Source: an uncultured Desulfobacter sp. | Lineage (GTDB): Bacteria; Desulfobacterota; Desulfobacteria; Desulfobacterales; Desulfobacteraceae | NCBI GenBank assembly: GCA_963665095.1 | Contig: OY762069.1 | Coordinates: 1,184,001 to 1,248,000, forward strand | Direction: 5' to 3' | Length of the DNA stretch: 64,000 nucleotides | Part shown: piece by piece, positions 11,809-20,794 of the stretch | Layout of the letters: each line of letters opens with the position of its first letter | Position numbering within the stretch: the stretch's first letter is position 1 | The notes under the pieces: model-generated | Databases searched by the model: none | What the model saw: the letters and a program-made list of their open reading frames with translations, nothing else | Told to the model about the DNA's origin: nothing | Made by a program: the position numbers and the translations under genes

Positions 11809-13152
11809 ATGAATAATGAGACCTGCGTAAATGCGCTGACCAATGACACCACAAAAATTATTCTGGACTCCATTTCAGACGGTGTATTTACCATTGATTA
11901 TAACTGGGAAATCACCTCTTTTAACAGAGCGGCCGAAGAGATCACCGGTATCAGCCGAAGGGATGCCATAGGCCGTCACTGCTGGGATGTTTTTCGCTCC
12001 AACATGTGTGAACAGGGATGTGCCCTGAAAAAAACCATGGAAGAGGGAAAACCCTTTGTGTCCAGTTCAGGCTATATCATCAACAACCATCAGAAAAAGA
12101 TTCCCATCACCGCATCCACCTCCCTGCTCATAGATAAAGACGAAAATGTGCTGGGCGGGGTTGAAATTTTCCGGGACCATTCTGTGGAGGAAGCCCTTCG
12201 AAAAGAAATTTCCGGAGGCGTTCAGGTCGGAGATATGGTGAGTAACTCCAGCGCCATGAAAAATATTTTCAACATCCTTCCCCAAATTTCCGAAAGCGAT
12301 TCATCTGTCCTGATTGAAGGGGAGACCGGTACGGGAAAAGAACTGATGGCAAAGGCCATCCACAACACTAGTTTTAGAAAGGACCACCCGTTTATTGCCG
12401 TCAACTGCGGGGCATTACCTGACACATTGCTGGAATCGGAACTATTCGGATATAAAAAAGGCGCCTTTACCCATGCTGTGAAAGATAAGCCAGGACATTT
12501 TGCCCTGGCCGAAAAGGGCACCATCTTTCTGGATGAAATTGCCGATACCAGCCCTGCATTCCAGGTCAGACTGCTCAGGGTGCTTCAGGAACATGAGTAT
12601 ACCCCTTTAGGGGGCATTGCCAAAGAGCGGGCCAATGTAAGAATCATTGCTGCGACCAATAAAAATCTGACAACCATGGTGGAAAGCAATGAGTTTCGTC
12701 AGGACCTTTATTACCGCATCAATGTCATCCGAATATCCCTGCCCCCTTTACGTCAGCGCATGGAAGACATTCCATACCTGGTGGATACCTTTATTTCCAG
12801 GCTGAATCTGCGCCAGAACAAACAGATTCAGGATGTGGCACCCAATGTGCTTGCCGCATTTATGGCACATGATTTTCCGGGCAACATCAGGGAGCTTGAA
12901 AATATTATAGAACATGCATTTGTGCTGTGCAGCAAGGGTGTCATTACCTTGGAACATCTGCCCCCGGCATTCGCCGCAGCAGCCGGCACCAGCCCTGATG
13001 CTGACACAGACCCGGTCACTGCTGCCCAGATTAAAATGATCACCGATGCCCTGAATCGAAACAACAATAACAGAAATGCCGCTGCCAGGGACTTAGGCAT
13101 ACATAAGAGCACCTTGTTCAGGCGGATAAAAAAGCTTGGACTCCAGCTGTAA
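11809..13152 (+). CDS. PAS-domain sigma54-dependent Fis family activator
   Basis: PAS with Cys residues, GETGTGKE, ESELFG, GAFTHA, FPGNIRELEN, Fis HTH; alternative start 11782. Confidence 0.92.
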   Translation: MNNETCVNALTNDTTKIILDSISDGVFTIDYNWEITSFNRAAEEITGISRRDAIGRHCWDVFRSNMCEQGCALKKTMEEGKPFVSSSGYIINNHQKKIPITASTSLLIDKDENVLGGVEIFRDHSVEEALRKEISGGVQVGDMVSNSSAMKNIFNILPQISESDSSVLIEGETGTGKELMAKAIHNTSFRKDHPFIAVNCGALPDTLLESELFGYKKGAFTHAVKDKPGHFALAEKGTIFLDEIADTSPAFQVRLLRVLQEHEYTPLGGIAKERANVRIIAATNKNLTTMVESNEFRQDLYYRINVIRISLPPLRQRMEDIPYLVDTFISRLNLRQNKQIQDVAPNVLAAFMAHDFPGNIRELENIIEHAFVLCSKGVITLEHLPPAFAAAAGTSPDADTDPVTAAQIKMITDALNRNNNNRNAAARDLGIHKSTLFRRIKKLGLQL

Positions 13153-13297
13153 TACAATTACTCATGCAACTCCAGTACACGAAGAGGTCTCATTTTTGCA
13201 ACAACCCAAAGCAGACAAAACCGGCCCGGACACCTGTGCTTCAGGCAGACGATCATCCCAGAAAGGCTTTTCAGCCACGGAATTTAAATGTCTGTGC

Positions 13298-13313
13298 CGG
13301 CACAGGCCTTGCA
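13298..13313 (+). promoter_or_regulatory. Sigma54 -24/-12 promoter
   Basis: CGGCAC-AGGCC-TTGCA, with GG-N10-GC, 100 bp upstream of 13413. Confidence 0.8.
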
Positions 13314-13412
13314 TTTTGTTCATTAAAACCATTATGGAAAGGAACTGTTATCTATTAACAAGCTTGAAAAACCAGGCAAAGCAGGTATTAACAGTTTCAG
13401 GAGGAGACGATC

Positions 13413-13772
13413 ATGAAAATTGCGATCACTACATGGGGCAATCGGGTTTCTCCGGTATTTGATGCGGCCAGAACCCTATTAATAGCAAATATTGAGAATA
13501 ACGGTGTTGATAATAGAAAATATGAATCCTTTCAGCCAGATGACATTCCTGGCCTTGCAGCACTTTTAAACCGGGAACAAGTGACAACCCTTGTCTGCGG
13601 TGCCATCTCTGAAAATCCTGCTGACAGAATTGTTGAAAATAAAATCCGCCTGTTTTCTTTTGTGACCGGAAACACCATGGATGTTCTTAACTGCCTGGCC
13701 CGGAACAATGGCATTGAACCGGATTTTATGATGCCCGGATGCAGAGAAGTTCAGGACAACACTCTGTCCTGA
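13413..13772 (+). CDS. NifB/NifX family (dinitrogenase FeMo-cofactor domain) protein
   Basis: MKIAI..WGNRVSPVFD, LVCGAIS, MMPGC; RBS AGGAGG. Confidence 0.85.
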   Translation: MKIAITTWGNRVSPVFDAARTLLIANIENNGVDNRKYESFQPDDIPGLAALLNREQVTTLVCGAISENPADRIVENKIRLFSFVTGNTMDVLNCLARNNGIEPDFMMPGCREVQDNTLS

Positions 13773-13825
13773 GCCTCCTTCCGGGTTACAAAAAAGGCAT
13801 ATTTCCACAAACCACCCGCCACCAT

Positions 13826-14698
13826 TTATTTCCTGCGCATCATACCCATATATATGGCAACCAGCACCACCCCTACCCCTGTCCACCCCATAAAACCGGT
13901 CTCGCGGTTAAAAAATATCACATCCCAGACAAAGGATAATGCGGGCTGAAGCAGCAGAATCAGACCGGCTCTGGACGTGTCCACCCGGGGGAGATAATGG
14001 GAAATAATGACCCAGGCCAGCCCCTGGGATAAAAGCCCTAAACCTGCCAGAGATAAAAAAGAGGCAAGGGTTGGAATGACAAAACTGTGACCGGTCACAA
14101 GGGCTACTGCCCCCACAACACCTGAGCAGACCCCAGTCATAACCACCTGGTACAGGAACATCGGCCCCTCTTTGCTTGTGTTTACGTACCGCATCAATAG
14201 AAGAAAACCACTATAGCTTAAAGCAGTAACCACCCCCAGACCCAGGCCGATCAGATATTGGGGCGTTAACCGGGCCTTATCCAGACCAATAATCATATAC
14301 AAACCACACATGGCCAGAACCAGAGCCATAACGTAGGTGATGCCAAGTTTTTCCCTGAACAGCAGGGCGCCTGCCAAGGCCAGAATAAATACCTGCATAT
14401 TTCCCAGAATGGTGGCAAGCCCGGGCCCTACATATTCAATGCAAAAATGCCAGCTGATCAGATCTGCGGCAAAAAAAAGGCCACAGCCGGCTGCCAAGAG
14501 GCAGGGTCGCAAGGTTGCCTGGTTAAATTCTTTTCTGATACCACAGGGCACAGCCACGAAAAGACATCCGAAAAAAACACGGTAAAAAGCGGATATCATG
14601 GGGTTCACCTGGGACAGCATCACAAAAACACTTGAGAAACTGATGATCACAGCTCCCAGGAAAATACCGGATGCCGGGCGGGTACAGCGTATATTCAT
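13826..14698 (-). CDS. DMT/EamA family transporter
   Basis: About 10 TMs; SAFYR, FFAADLISWH, LLLQP. Confidence 0.88.
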   Translation of the reverse strand: MNIRCTRPASGIFLGAVIISFSSVFVMLSQVNPMISAFYRVFFGCLFVAVPCGIRKEFNQATLRPCLLAAGCGLFFAADLISWHFCIEYVGPGLATILGNMQVFILALAGALLFREKLGITYVMALVLAMCGLYMIIGLDKARLTPQYLIGLGLGVVTALSYSGFLLLMRYVNTSKEGPMFLYQVVMTGVCSGVVGAVALVTGHSFVIPTLASFLSLAGLGLLSQGLAWVIISHYLPRVDTSRAGLILLLQPALSFVWDVIFFNRETGFMGWTGVGVVLVAIYMGMMRRK

Positions 14699-14880
14699 GA
14701 AAATTTAATCTCCTTTATGGTATCACAGGCTAATAGAGTGTGGACATGTCCAGGTCAAGAAAAAAAACTCTTTTTCCAAAGTCATTTACACATGCAGCTG
14801 TTTGGGGTATGGGAAAAATCAGTTCCACAGGATATGAATCAGGTAATAAAAAAAACAAAAGCCCGTAACAAGGACAAGGT

Positions 14881-15453
14881 ATGCTCGCAGATCTGATTAA
14901 AAAACACCGGGAATTGCACACACGAAACATCAGCCTGACCACAGTCCCCCACGACAATGACTTTGTTGTTGTGCATGGTGAGCTTAGGGATGAACGTTAT
15001 GTTCCAATCATTGACATTTTTGGGGCGGAGATACCACCCGGCACGATTCACCATATTACAGCCACCCTTTTAATAGCCCAGAATCCATTGCGGATCATCC
15101 AGGCAGAAGCAGCTATGCCCATTGTACCCACGGGTCTTTGCCCCGGCACATTAGAGCATGTGTCCGGCCTTACCGGCCTTAACATTGCCCATGGTTTCTC
15201 CCAGAAGATAAGATCTATTATCGGGGGCAGTGACGGATGTGCCCATCTATGCACACTGCTCACCACCATGGGCACCGAAATTGTCCATGGGGCAATGACC
15301 TGGAAACGACATCTTGACAAAATTCAGGAACACCTGGCTCCGCTGCCTCAGGAAAGCCCGGACCTGCTTGTGGATTCCTGCCGGATTTGGAAAAAAGATG
15401 GTTCAAGGCATAAAGCCCTGCTTGAAGCCATGGAAAAACGCGGCGTATCCTGA
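14881..15453 (+). CDS. DUF2889-like protein
   Basis: LHTRNI, GELRDER, C..., GGSDGCAHL, DSCRIW pattern. Confidence 0.75.
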   Translation: MLADLIKKHRELHTRNISLTTVPHDNDFVVVHGELRDERYVPIIDIFGAEIPPGTIHHITATLLIAQNPLRIIQAEAAMPIVPTGLCPGTLEHVSGLTGLNIAHGFSQKIRSIIGGSDGCAHLCTLLTTMGTEIVHGAMTWKRHLDKIQEHLAPLPQESPDLLVDSCRIWKKDGSRHKALLEAMEKRGVS

Positions 15454-15506
15454 CACTGCCGGTTCGGACAGTTTAAGAGTTCAAAATGCACAGGGTTGCC
15501 ATTCAA

Positions 15507-15833
15507 TCAGGGTATCCATAAATATCTGTCCAGATCAATACAGCCGGATCCAGACAAATAAACCCCTTCAGATTCAAGCATTGCCCTTTGCAGTTCATAC
15601 CCTCTGCCCTCGGGCAGACTGATACGTCCGGAGGCACTGACCACCCGGTGCCAGGGCAGTTCATATTTTTCCGACATGGCGTGCAGAACGCGTGCAACCT
15701 GACGGGCGGCCTGCGGATTCCCGGCCAGGGCTGCCACCCTGCCGTAAGAAAGGATCTTTCCCGGCGGGATCGTCTGAATCACATCAATAATTTGCTGGGT
15801 AAAAGCATGCATAATAACTTGACACTTTGCCAT
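15507..15833 (-). CDS. MGMT-family alkyltransferase-like (ATL) DNA-binding protein
   Basis: IPPGKILSYGRVA and LPWHRVV (W in place of the catalytic C); start may be 15812. Confidence 0.88.
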   Translation of the reverse strand: MAKCQVIMHAFTQQIIDVIQTIPPGKILSYGRVAALAGNPQAARQVARVLHAMSEKYELPWHRVVSASGRISLPEGRGYELQRAMLESEGVYLSGSGCIDLDRYLWIP

Positions 15834-15923
15834 GAACCTGTTGAGATTTCAACTATCCGGTTGGTTCTACCTGTATTGTCCAAACCTGCCGCAGGTGCTT
15901 GATATGTAAAAAACGGTGCGTTA

Positions 15924-17909
15924 TTGGTGATAAAAAATAAAATTATAAGTTATTTGTTTTATTTCAGTCGGTTCTTTACCGGGAATAATAGAAACGATGG
16001 ACATGGCTCTATTTTTTTTTCTCCCGGCATCCTGATGGTGTTAGTCTGCGTATTAAGCCTGCTTCCTGCCAGTGGCAGGACAGCAAATCCGCCGGCAGCG
16101 GTGAAAGGCAAAATGGACCTGACACAATGGAATTTCAGTACCCAGGGCAATGTCCGTTTAAAGGGAGAGTGGGAGTTCTACTGGCATCAACTGCTTACCC
16201 CCGATAATTTCAAAAAAATAAGTACACCGACAGATACGCGCTTCATACAAGTTCCCCGATTCTGGAATGGCATGGTGGTGGATGGGAATCCATTGACAGG
16301 TCAGGGATATGCGACACTCAGGCTTTGCGTGAATATCAGTCCGGGAACAAAAAAACTGGCGATCCGTCTTGAAGACCAGGCTACTGCCTACCGGTTGTGG
16401 ATAAATGGCCAGTGCATGCCCGGAAACGGGGTCGTGGCCAAAGGCCCTGAAACATCCAGGCCCCAGTACCTGTTACACCTTTCCAGCATTCATATCCCCT
16501 CAAACACGATTGAAATTATTTTGCAGGTCTCCAACTACGCTTTGAACCTGGGCGGCCCATACCGAGCCATTTTGCTGGGGAGTGAAGAAAAAATCCAGCG
16601 CTACCAGAACCTGTTGTGGGCATTTGATCTGATTCCTTTAGGTATGCTGCTTTCCATTGGACTGTATCATATGGCATTTTTCCTTTTGCGGAAAAAAGAG
16701 CGGTATCTGTTTTATTTTGGATCCACCTGCCTGCTGCTTGCCATCCGGATTTTCTTCTGGGGAACCCGGGGAAAATTCATCACCGTCATGTTTCCCCTTA
16801 TTCCATGGGAAATAGCACATAAATGCGACCTGCTGACCTGGTATCCGGTGGTCCCGCTGCTGCTGATGTTTTTTGCCGAACTTTTTCCTGAAGAAAGAAC
16901 GGTTAAAGCGCTTCGTTTTACCCAGGTCACCGCGGTTCTTGCCATTCTGACAGTGATAATTTTCCCGGCCAGAATTTCAAACCTCACCCTGGTACCCTAT
17001 GAAATTTTTGCCATACTCAATATTGCCTTTGTACTGCATATTTTAATTCCTGCCGTCATGAATAAAAGGAAGGACGCCCTTCTTTTTCTATCAGGCGTAT
17101 TGATCTTTTTTGCCAGTGCAATCAACGAAATTCTTGCATTGAAACTGAATAAGAAAAATAAAGCTCTGTCACGCTCCATCCAGCGTCTCCGGTACTCCTA
17201 CCGTGCCCTTAAAGATAATATCATCCTGAAAGCTGCCCTGGAAACCCAGAAGCAGCGGGAAGAAAAAGTCCGCCTGAAAGTGGAAAAGGAAGCCCTGGAA
17301 AAATTTCGCTATCAATTAAATCCCCATTTTCTGTTCAATGCCCTGGCATCCATCCGCGGTGCCGTAAGTGTGGATGCAGACGTGGCAAGGGATATGGTGA
17401 CCCGCCTGTCCGAATATTGCCGTTTGACACTGGACCAGGGCAAAAAAGAGTCCGTAACCATCCGTGAAAGCATTGAGATCAATAAATTGTACCTGGAAAT
17501 GGAGGGGCTTCGCCTGGGGGATTATTTAACGGTTTCCATCAGCGCCCCCTCCGATATCCTGAACAGGAAAATTCCCACCAACCTGCTCCAGCCTTTGGTG
17601 GAAAATGCAGTTAAATACGGCCGCCTGACCTCCCCGGATGCGCTTTCGGTCCGGGTTATTTTTAAAGATGGTTCAAAGGGCCGGATTCTTTTGGAAGTGG
17701 CAAACACAGGGGCCTGGATGGACCCGGACAGTCCAGATCATCCGGATACCACCGGGATCGGACTTGAAAATATACAGCAGCAGCTGAGCCGGCTCTATCC
17801 GGACGACCATTGTTTCTCCACCCGGGAAGAGAACGGCTGGGTCAAGGTATTTATAGGGATGCCCACAAGCATGGCATCTGTTTTTCAGCAGCGGAAGGAA
17901 GGGGTATGA
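15924..17909 (+). CDS. 7TM-DISM-type LytS family sensor histidine kinase (seventh TM apparently missing)
   Basis: LKGEWEFYW periplasmic domain, TM bundle, YQLNPHFLFNAL, LQPLVENAVKYG, TGIGLENI. Confidence 0.85.
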   Translation: MVIKNKIISYLFYFSRFFTGNNRNDGHGSIFFSPGILMVLVCVLSLLPASGRTANPPAAVKGKMDLTQWNFSTQGNVRLKGEWEFYWHQLLTPDNFKKISTPTDTRFIQVPRFWNGMVVDGNPLTGQGYATLRLCVNISPGTKKLAIRLEDQATAYRLWINGQCMPGNGVVAKGPETSRPQYLLHLSSIHIPSNTIEIILQVSNYALNLGGPYRAILLGSEEKIQRYQNLLWAFDLIPLGMLLSIGLYHMAFFLLRKKERYLFYFGSTCLLLAIRIFFWGTRGKFITVMFPLIPWEIAHKCDLLTWYPVVPLLLMFFAELFPEERTVKALRFTQVTAVLAILTVIIFPARISNLTLVPYEIFAILNIAFVLHILIPAVMNKRKDALLFLSGVLIFFASAINEILALKLNKKNKALSRSIQRLRYSYRALKDNIILKAALETQKQREEKVRLKVEKEALEKFRYQLNPHFLFNALASIRGAVSVDADVARDMVTRLSEYCRLTLDQGKKESVTIRESIEINKLYLEMEGLRLGDYLTVSISAPSDILNRKIPTNLLQPLVENAVKYGRLTSPDALSVRVIFKDGSKGRILLEVANTGAWMDPDSPDHPDTTGIGLENIQQQLSRLYPDDHCFSTREENGWVKVFIGMPTSMASVFQQRKEGV

Positions 17910-18679
17910 AAGCTGTAATTATTGATGATGAGCGCTTTGTCCGGGAAGATTTAAAAAGAATGCTTGATAAACATCCTGATATCGAAATCATTGGGGAGGC
18001 AGGCACAGTACCAGCGGCTCGAACCCTTCTTAAAGCATCTGAACCTGACGTTGTTTTTCTGGATATCCAGCTTGTTGGCGGTTCCGGATTTGACCTTGTT
18101 GAGGTAATTCCCCTTTATTCAAACATCATATTTTTTACGGCCCACGATGAATTCGCGGTCCGGGCATTTGACGTCAATGCGCTGGACTATCTTTTAAAGC
18201 CCGTTGATGAAACAAGGCTTAGCACCGCCATTGACCGTTTGAGGCGCACCGGGATAAAATAGCCCATTAGACCTGCTGCAAAAAAAGCCTTTCTGGAAAA
18301 AGACAAAATTCTGATCCAGTCTGACAGGCAACAGCGTTTTATTCATGTCAGGGATATTATGGTGGTGGTATCCATTGGAGGGAATTATACCAGGGTGCAT
18401 TTGACTGACAACAGCAGGCCGACTGTGCGCAGGACAATGAAAGAGTGGGCTGACATGTTACCCGGAGACCTGTTTTTTCAAATCCATCGATCCAGCATCA
18501 TTAATCTTAATTTTCTTGAATCTGTCGACCAGAATGACGGCAAGACCATGAAAGTCCGGATGATCGGTATGAAAAAAGCCCTTCTGGTAAGCCGACGGTC
18601 CTCCCCGAGTTTAAAAAAATGTATAAATAAAATAAACGGGAAAAATAATCCCGGCATTTTCCGCCGGATACCGATGTAA
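17906..18679 (+). pseudogene. LytTR family response regulator interrupted by in-frame TAG at 18260-18262
   Basis: REC (DDE, FLDIQL, DYLLKP) and LytTR (GNYT, FFQIHRSSIIN, VSRR) domains lie in one frame with one intervening stop. Confidence 0.85.
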
Positions 18680-18695
18680 TATGGATTCAGTTTTT
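18629..18695 (+). repeat. Imperfect direct repeat, copy 1 (3' end of the LytTR gene)
   Basis: 58/67 identical to 20409..20475 by manual ungapped alignment. Confidence 0.85.
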
Positions 18696-18749
18696 TATTC
18701 TTTCATCATGATACATGGGGTATCCGATCAAAAGGATACTGATTCAGAC

Positions 18750-19970
18750 TCATTCCAATGCGGCCTGCTCAATTATTTGAATTGTGTTTGCCAGTGATTG
18801 TTCGGTTTGAATGGAACGTGAAACTGCTTTCGTCCTCATTTGTATATCAGCGTTAGATAAACAAAAAGTTAGAGCTTGAATTAGGGTTTTGGGACTTATT
18901 CTGGATCGCCAAATAGGCTTTGCTCCCAATCCTGATATAAAAATTCTATGTCCGTGATAATACTGGTCCAAGATATGTGGGACTATAATCTGGGGCCTTC
19001 CGGACCGTGTTGCAGCTGCTGTTGTTCCAGCACCACCATGATGAATGATTGCCGCTGTTCGGGGAAACAGGTATTCATGGGGATAATTTTTTATAAAAAA
19101 TACATCTTTTGAATATGATACATCATTTGATTCCGGCCAAAGTTGTGAAATGATGAATCTTTTGTCTAAGAGTCTGGCTACTTTGACAAAAAGGGGGATA
19201 TGCCTGGCCTGATCCTTTGGTGGCATACTGCCGAATCCGGCATAAATTGGAGGAGAATCCGAAATCAGGAAATCTTCAAGTTCAGGATAATCAGGTTTGG
19301 GCATATGAAGGTGCATATACCCGGTCTGGATAGGTTTCAGGGGAACATCAGCCGGGATTTCAGCAACCTGGGGATCACAGGCAACAATAGGATTGTGTCC
19401 CAGTACATGAAGCCACAAGTTACTTAAAGGTTTTAATTTAAATTGTTTCCGGTATCGATTTACAAGGCGTTCTGTATTAAAACGATCACCCAATGAGGCC
19501 AGTTGCCATGATAGACGGTTGCACCACCCAGGCAAAGTCTGGGTTTTGAAAACTGGAAACGGATGAAAGGAAGAAGGAAATAATTGCGGTGTAAATGCTA
19601 CATACCGATATTGAAGATCCAAGGCCTCTGCAATCGAGGAAAGCGCAAACATCAAAGAAGAGCCAACTACCAGATCTGCTCCTTTTATTATATCAGGCAG
19701 CATTTCGAACTGGGTACGGATTTCATTGCGCACATAATTTACAAATTTTACCGCGCTGGGGATACTGAGCGCAGTATCAATGGAATCCAGAAATTGGGTG
19801 ACATCGCAACCAAGCCCCTGATAAGGGCAACCTAGTTCCTTTGCCCATTCCATTCTTTCTGGAGGCCCGACAAGTAAAACCTCGTGGCCTTTTTTTCTTA
19901 ATCCAAGTGTCAGGGCGACCATTGGCTGAACATCCCCCCGAGTCCCTGAAGTACCAAGTACGATTTTCAT
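18750..19970 (-). CDS. GT-B glycosyltransferase, family 1 (sterol/glycopeptide GT-like)
   Basis: GTRGDVQP, GFGSM, HHGGAGTT, PHILDQYY; visibly AT-richer than flanking genes. Confidence 0.9.
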   Translation of the reverse strand: MKIVLGTSGTRGDVQPMVALTLGLRKKGHEVLLVGPPERMEWAKELGCPYQGLGCDVTQFLDSIDTALSIPSAVKFVNYVRNEIRTQFEMLPDIIKGADLVVGSSLMFALSSIAEALDLQYRYVAFTPQLFPSSFHPFPVFKTQTLPGWCNRLSWQLASLGDRFNTERLVNRYRKQFKLKPLSNLWLHVLGHNPIVACDPQVAEIPADVPLKPIQTGYMHLHMPKPDYPELEDFLISDSPPIYAGFGSMPPKDQARHIPLFVKVARLLDKRFIISQLWPESNDVSYSKDVFFIKNYPHEYLFPRTAAIIHHGGAGTTAAATRSGRPQIIVPHILDQYYHGHRIFISGLGAKPIWRSRISPKTLIQALTFCLSNADIQMRTKAVSRSIQTEQSLANTIQIIEQAALE

Positions 19971-20026
19971 TTTTATTATTTTATAGGGTTATAATTTGCT
20001 GTTTTTTGGAGCATATCCTTGTAACC

Positions 20027-20252
20027 ATGATGGTTGAAATATATGCCGACCGGGTGGAGATCTCAAGCCCGGGCCTTCCCATTATTCCTGTTGAACGGTT
20101 TATTGACGGGTATCAGTCGCGTAACGGGCAGCTTGCAGACCTGATGTGGCGCTTTGGGATTTGTGAAAAAAAATTCCGGGATTGACCGTGTCATTGAAAG
20201 AGCAGATCTGCTTCAACTGCCGGCACCTGATTTTTTAAGTGAATACAAATAA
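20027..20252 (+). pseudogene. Fragment of HATPase_c_4 (RecG C-terminal-like) domain protein, frameshifted
   Basis: VEIYADRVEISSPGLP..SRN.QLADLM.RFGICEKK, then after a frameshift GIDRVIE...LPAPDF; no N-terminal domain. Confidence 0.7.
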
Positions 20253-20357
20253 TGGGCACTGATATGGATAACATATTGATTTTAAGTGTTTTTAAAAAAT
20301 AGCCGACGAGTACAGCCAGCCGCCCTATAATATGGATGTCGGTATCCCGGAACAGTC

Positions 20358-20400
20358 CAGCGTAGAAACCCTGGTCCTCAGGACCAGGGTTTCTACGCTG
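20358..20400. repeat. 43-bp near-perfect palindrome
   Basis: CAGCGTAGAAACCCTGGTCCT-C-AGGACCAGGGTTTCTACGCTG, 21-bp perfect arms. Confidence 0.95.
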
Positions 20401-20408
20401 AAATAAAG

Positions 20409-20475
20409 AAAATACACGGAATAAATAATCCTGGCATTTTCCACCGGGTACCGATGTAACATGGGTTAAGTTTTT
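20409..20475 (+). repeat. Imperfect direct repeat, copy 2
   Basis: 58/67 identical to 18629..18695. Confidence 0.85.
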
Positions 20476-20594
20476 ATGTTTTTAGAGAGAGTTAAAAAGC
20501 ACTTTTCTGTCAGTTCAGTCCTGAACCCGACACCCTGTATGAACAATATCTTTTCTGGTGCCAGGCAATCATACCCGGCATGCCCACCGGCTAT

Positions 20595-20700
20595 TTACTC
20601 CTGGCCTGAAAAAAAACGGACAGTGTTGTCAACCAGCATGGTGTTGATTTGTTCATCTGTTATGGCCACTTTTTTAACTCAGGTACAATATCTTTTCAAT
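20595..20700 (-). pseudogene. 3' remnant of phosphotriesterase-family gene
   Basis: Manual translation KDIVPELK/KVAITDEQINTMLVDNTVRFFSGQE* with a frameshift in an A6 tract; resembles the PTE-family C-terminal motif. Confidence 0.55.
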
Positions 20701-20794
20701 TTTTTTGGCCGTTGGCGGGATTTCCGGTAAGGTAGGTTTAAAATCAGCTTAAAATCAGAATTTTTAAATTTGTTTCAAGGCAGATTAATACCGT

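Noticed and set aside
18629..20475. CRISPR array or integron attC array
   Set aside because: Only two repeat copies 1.8 kb apart; no spacer periodicity, cas genes or integron integrase.
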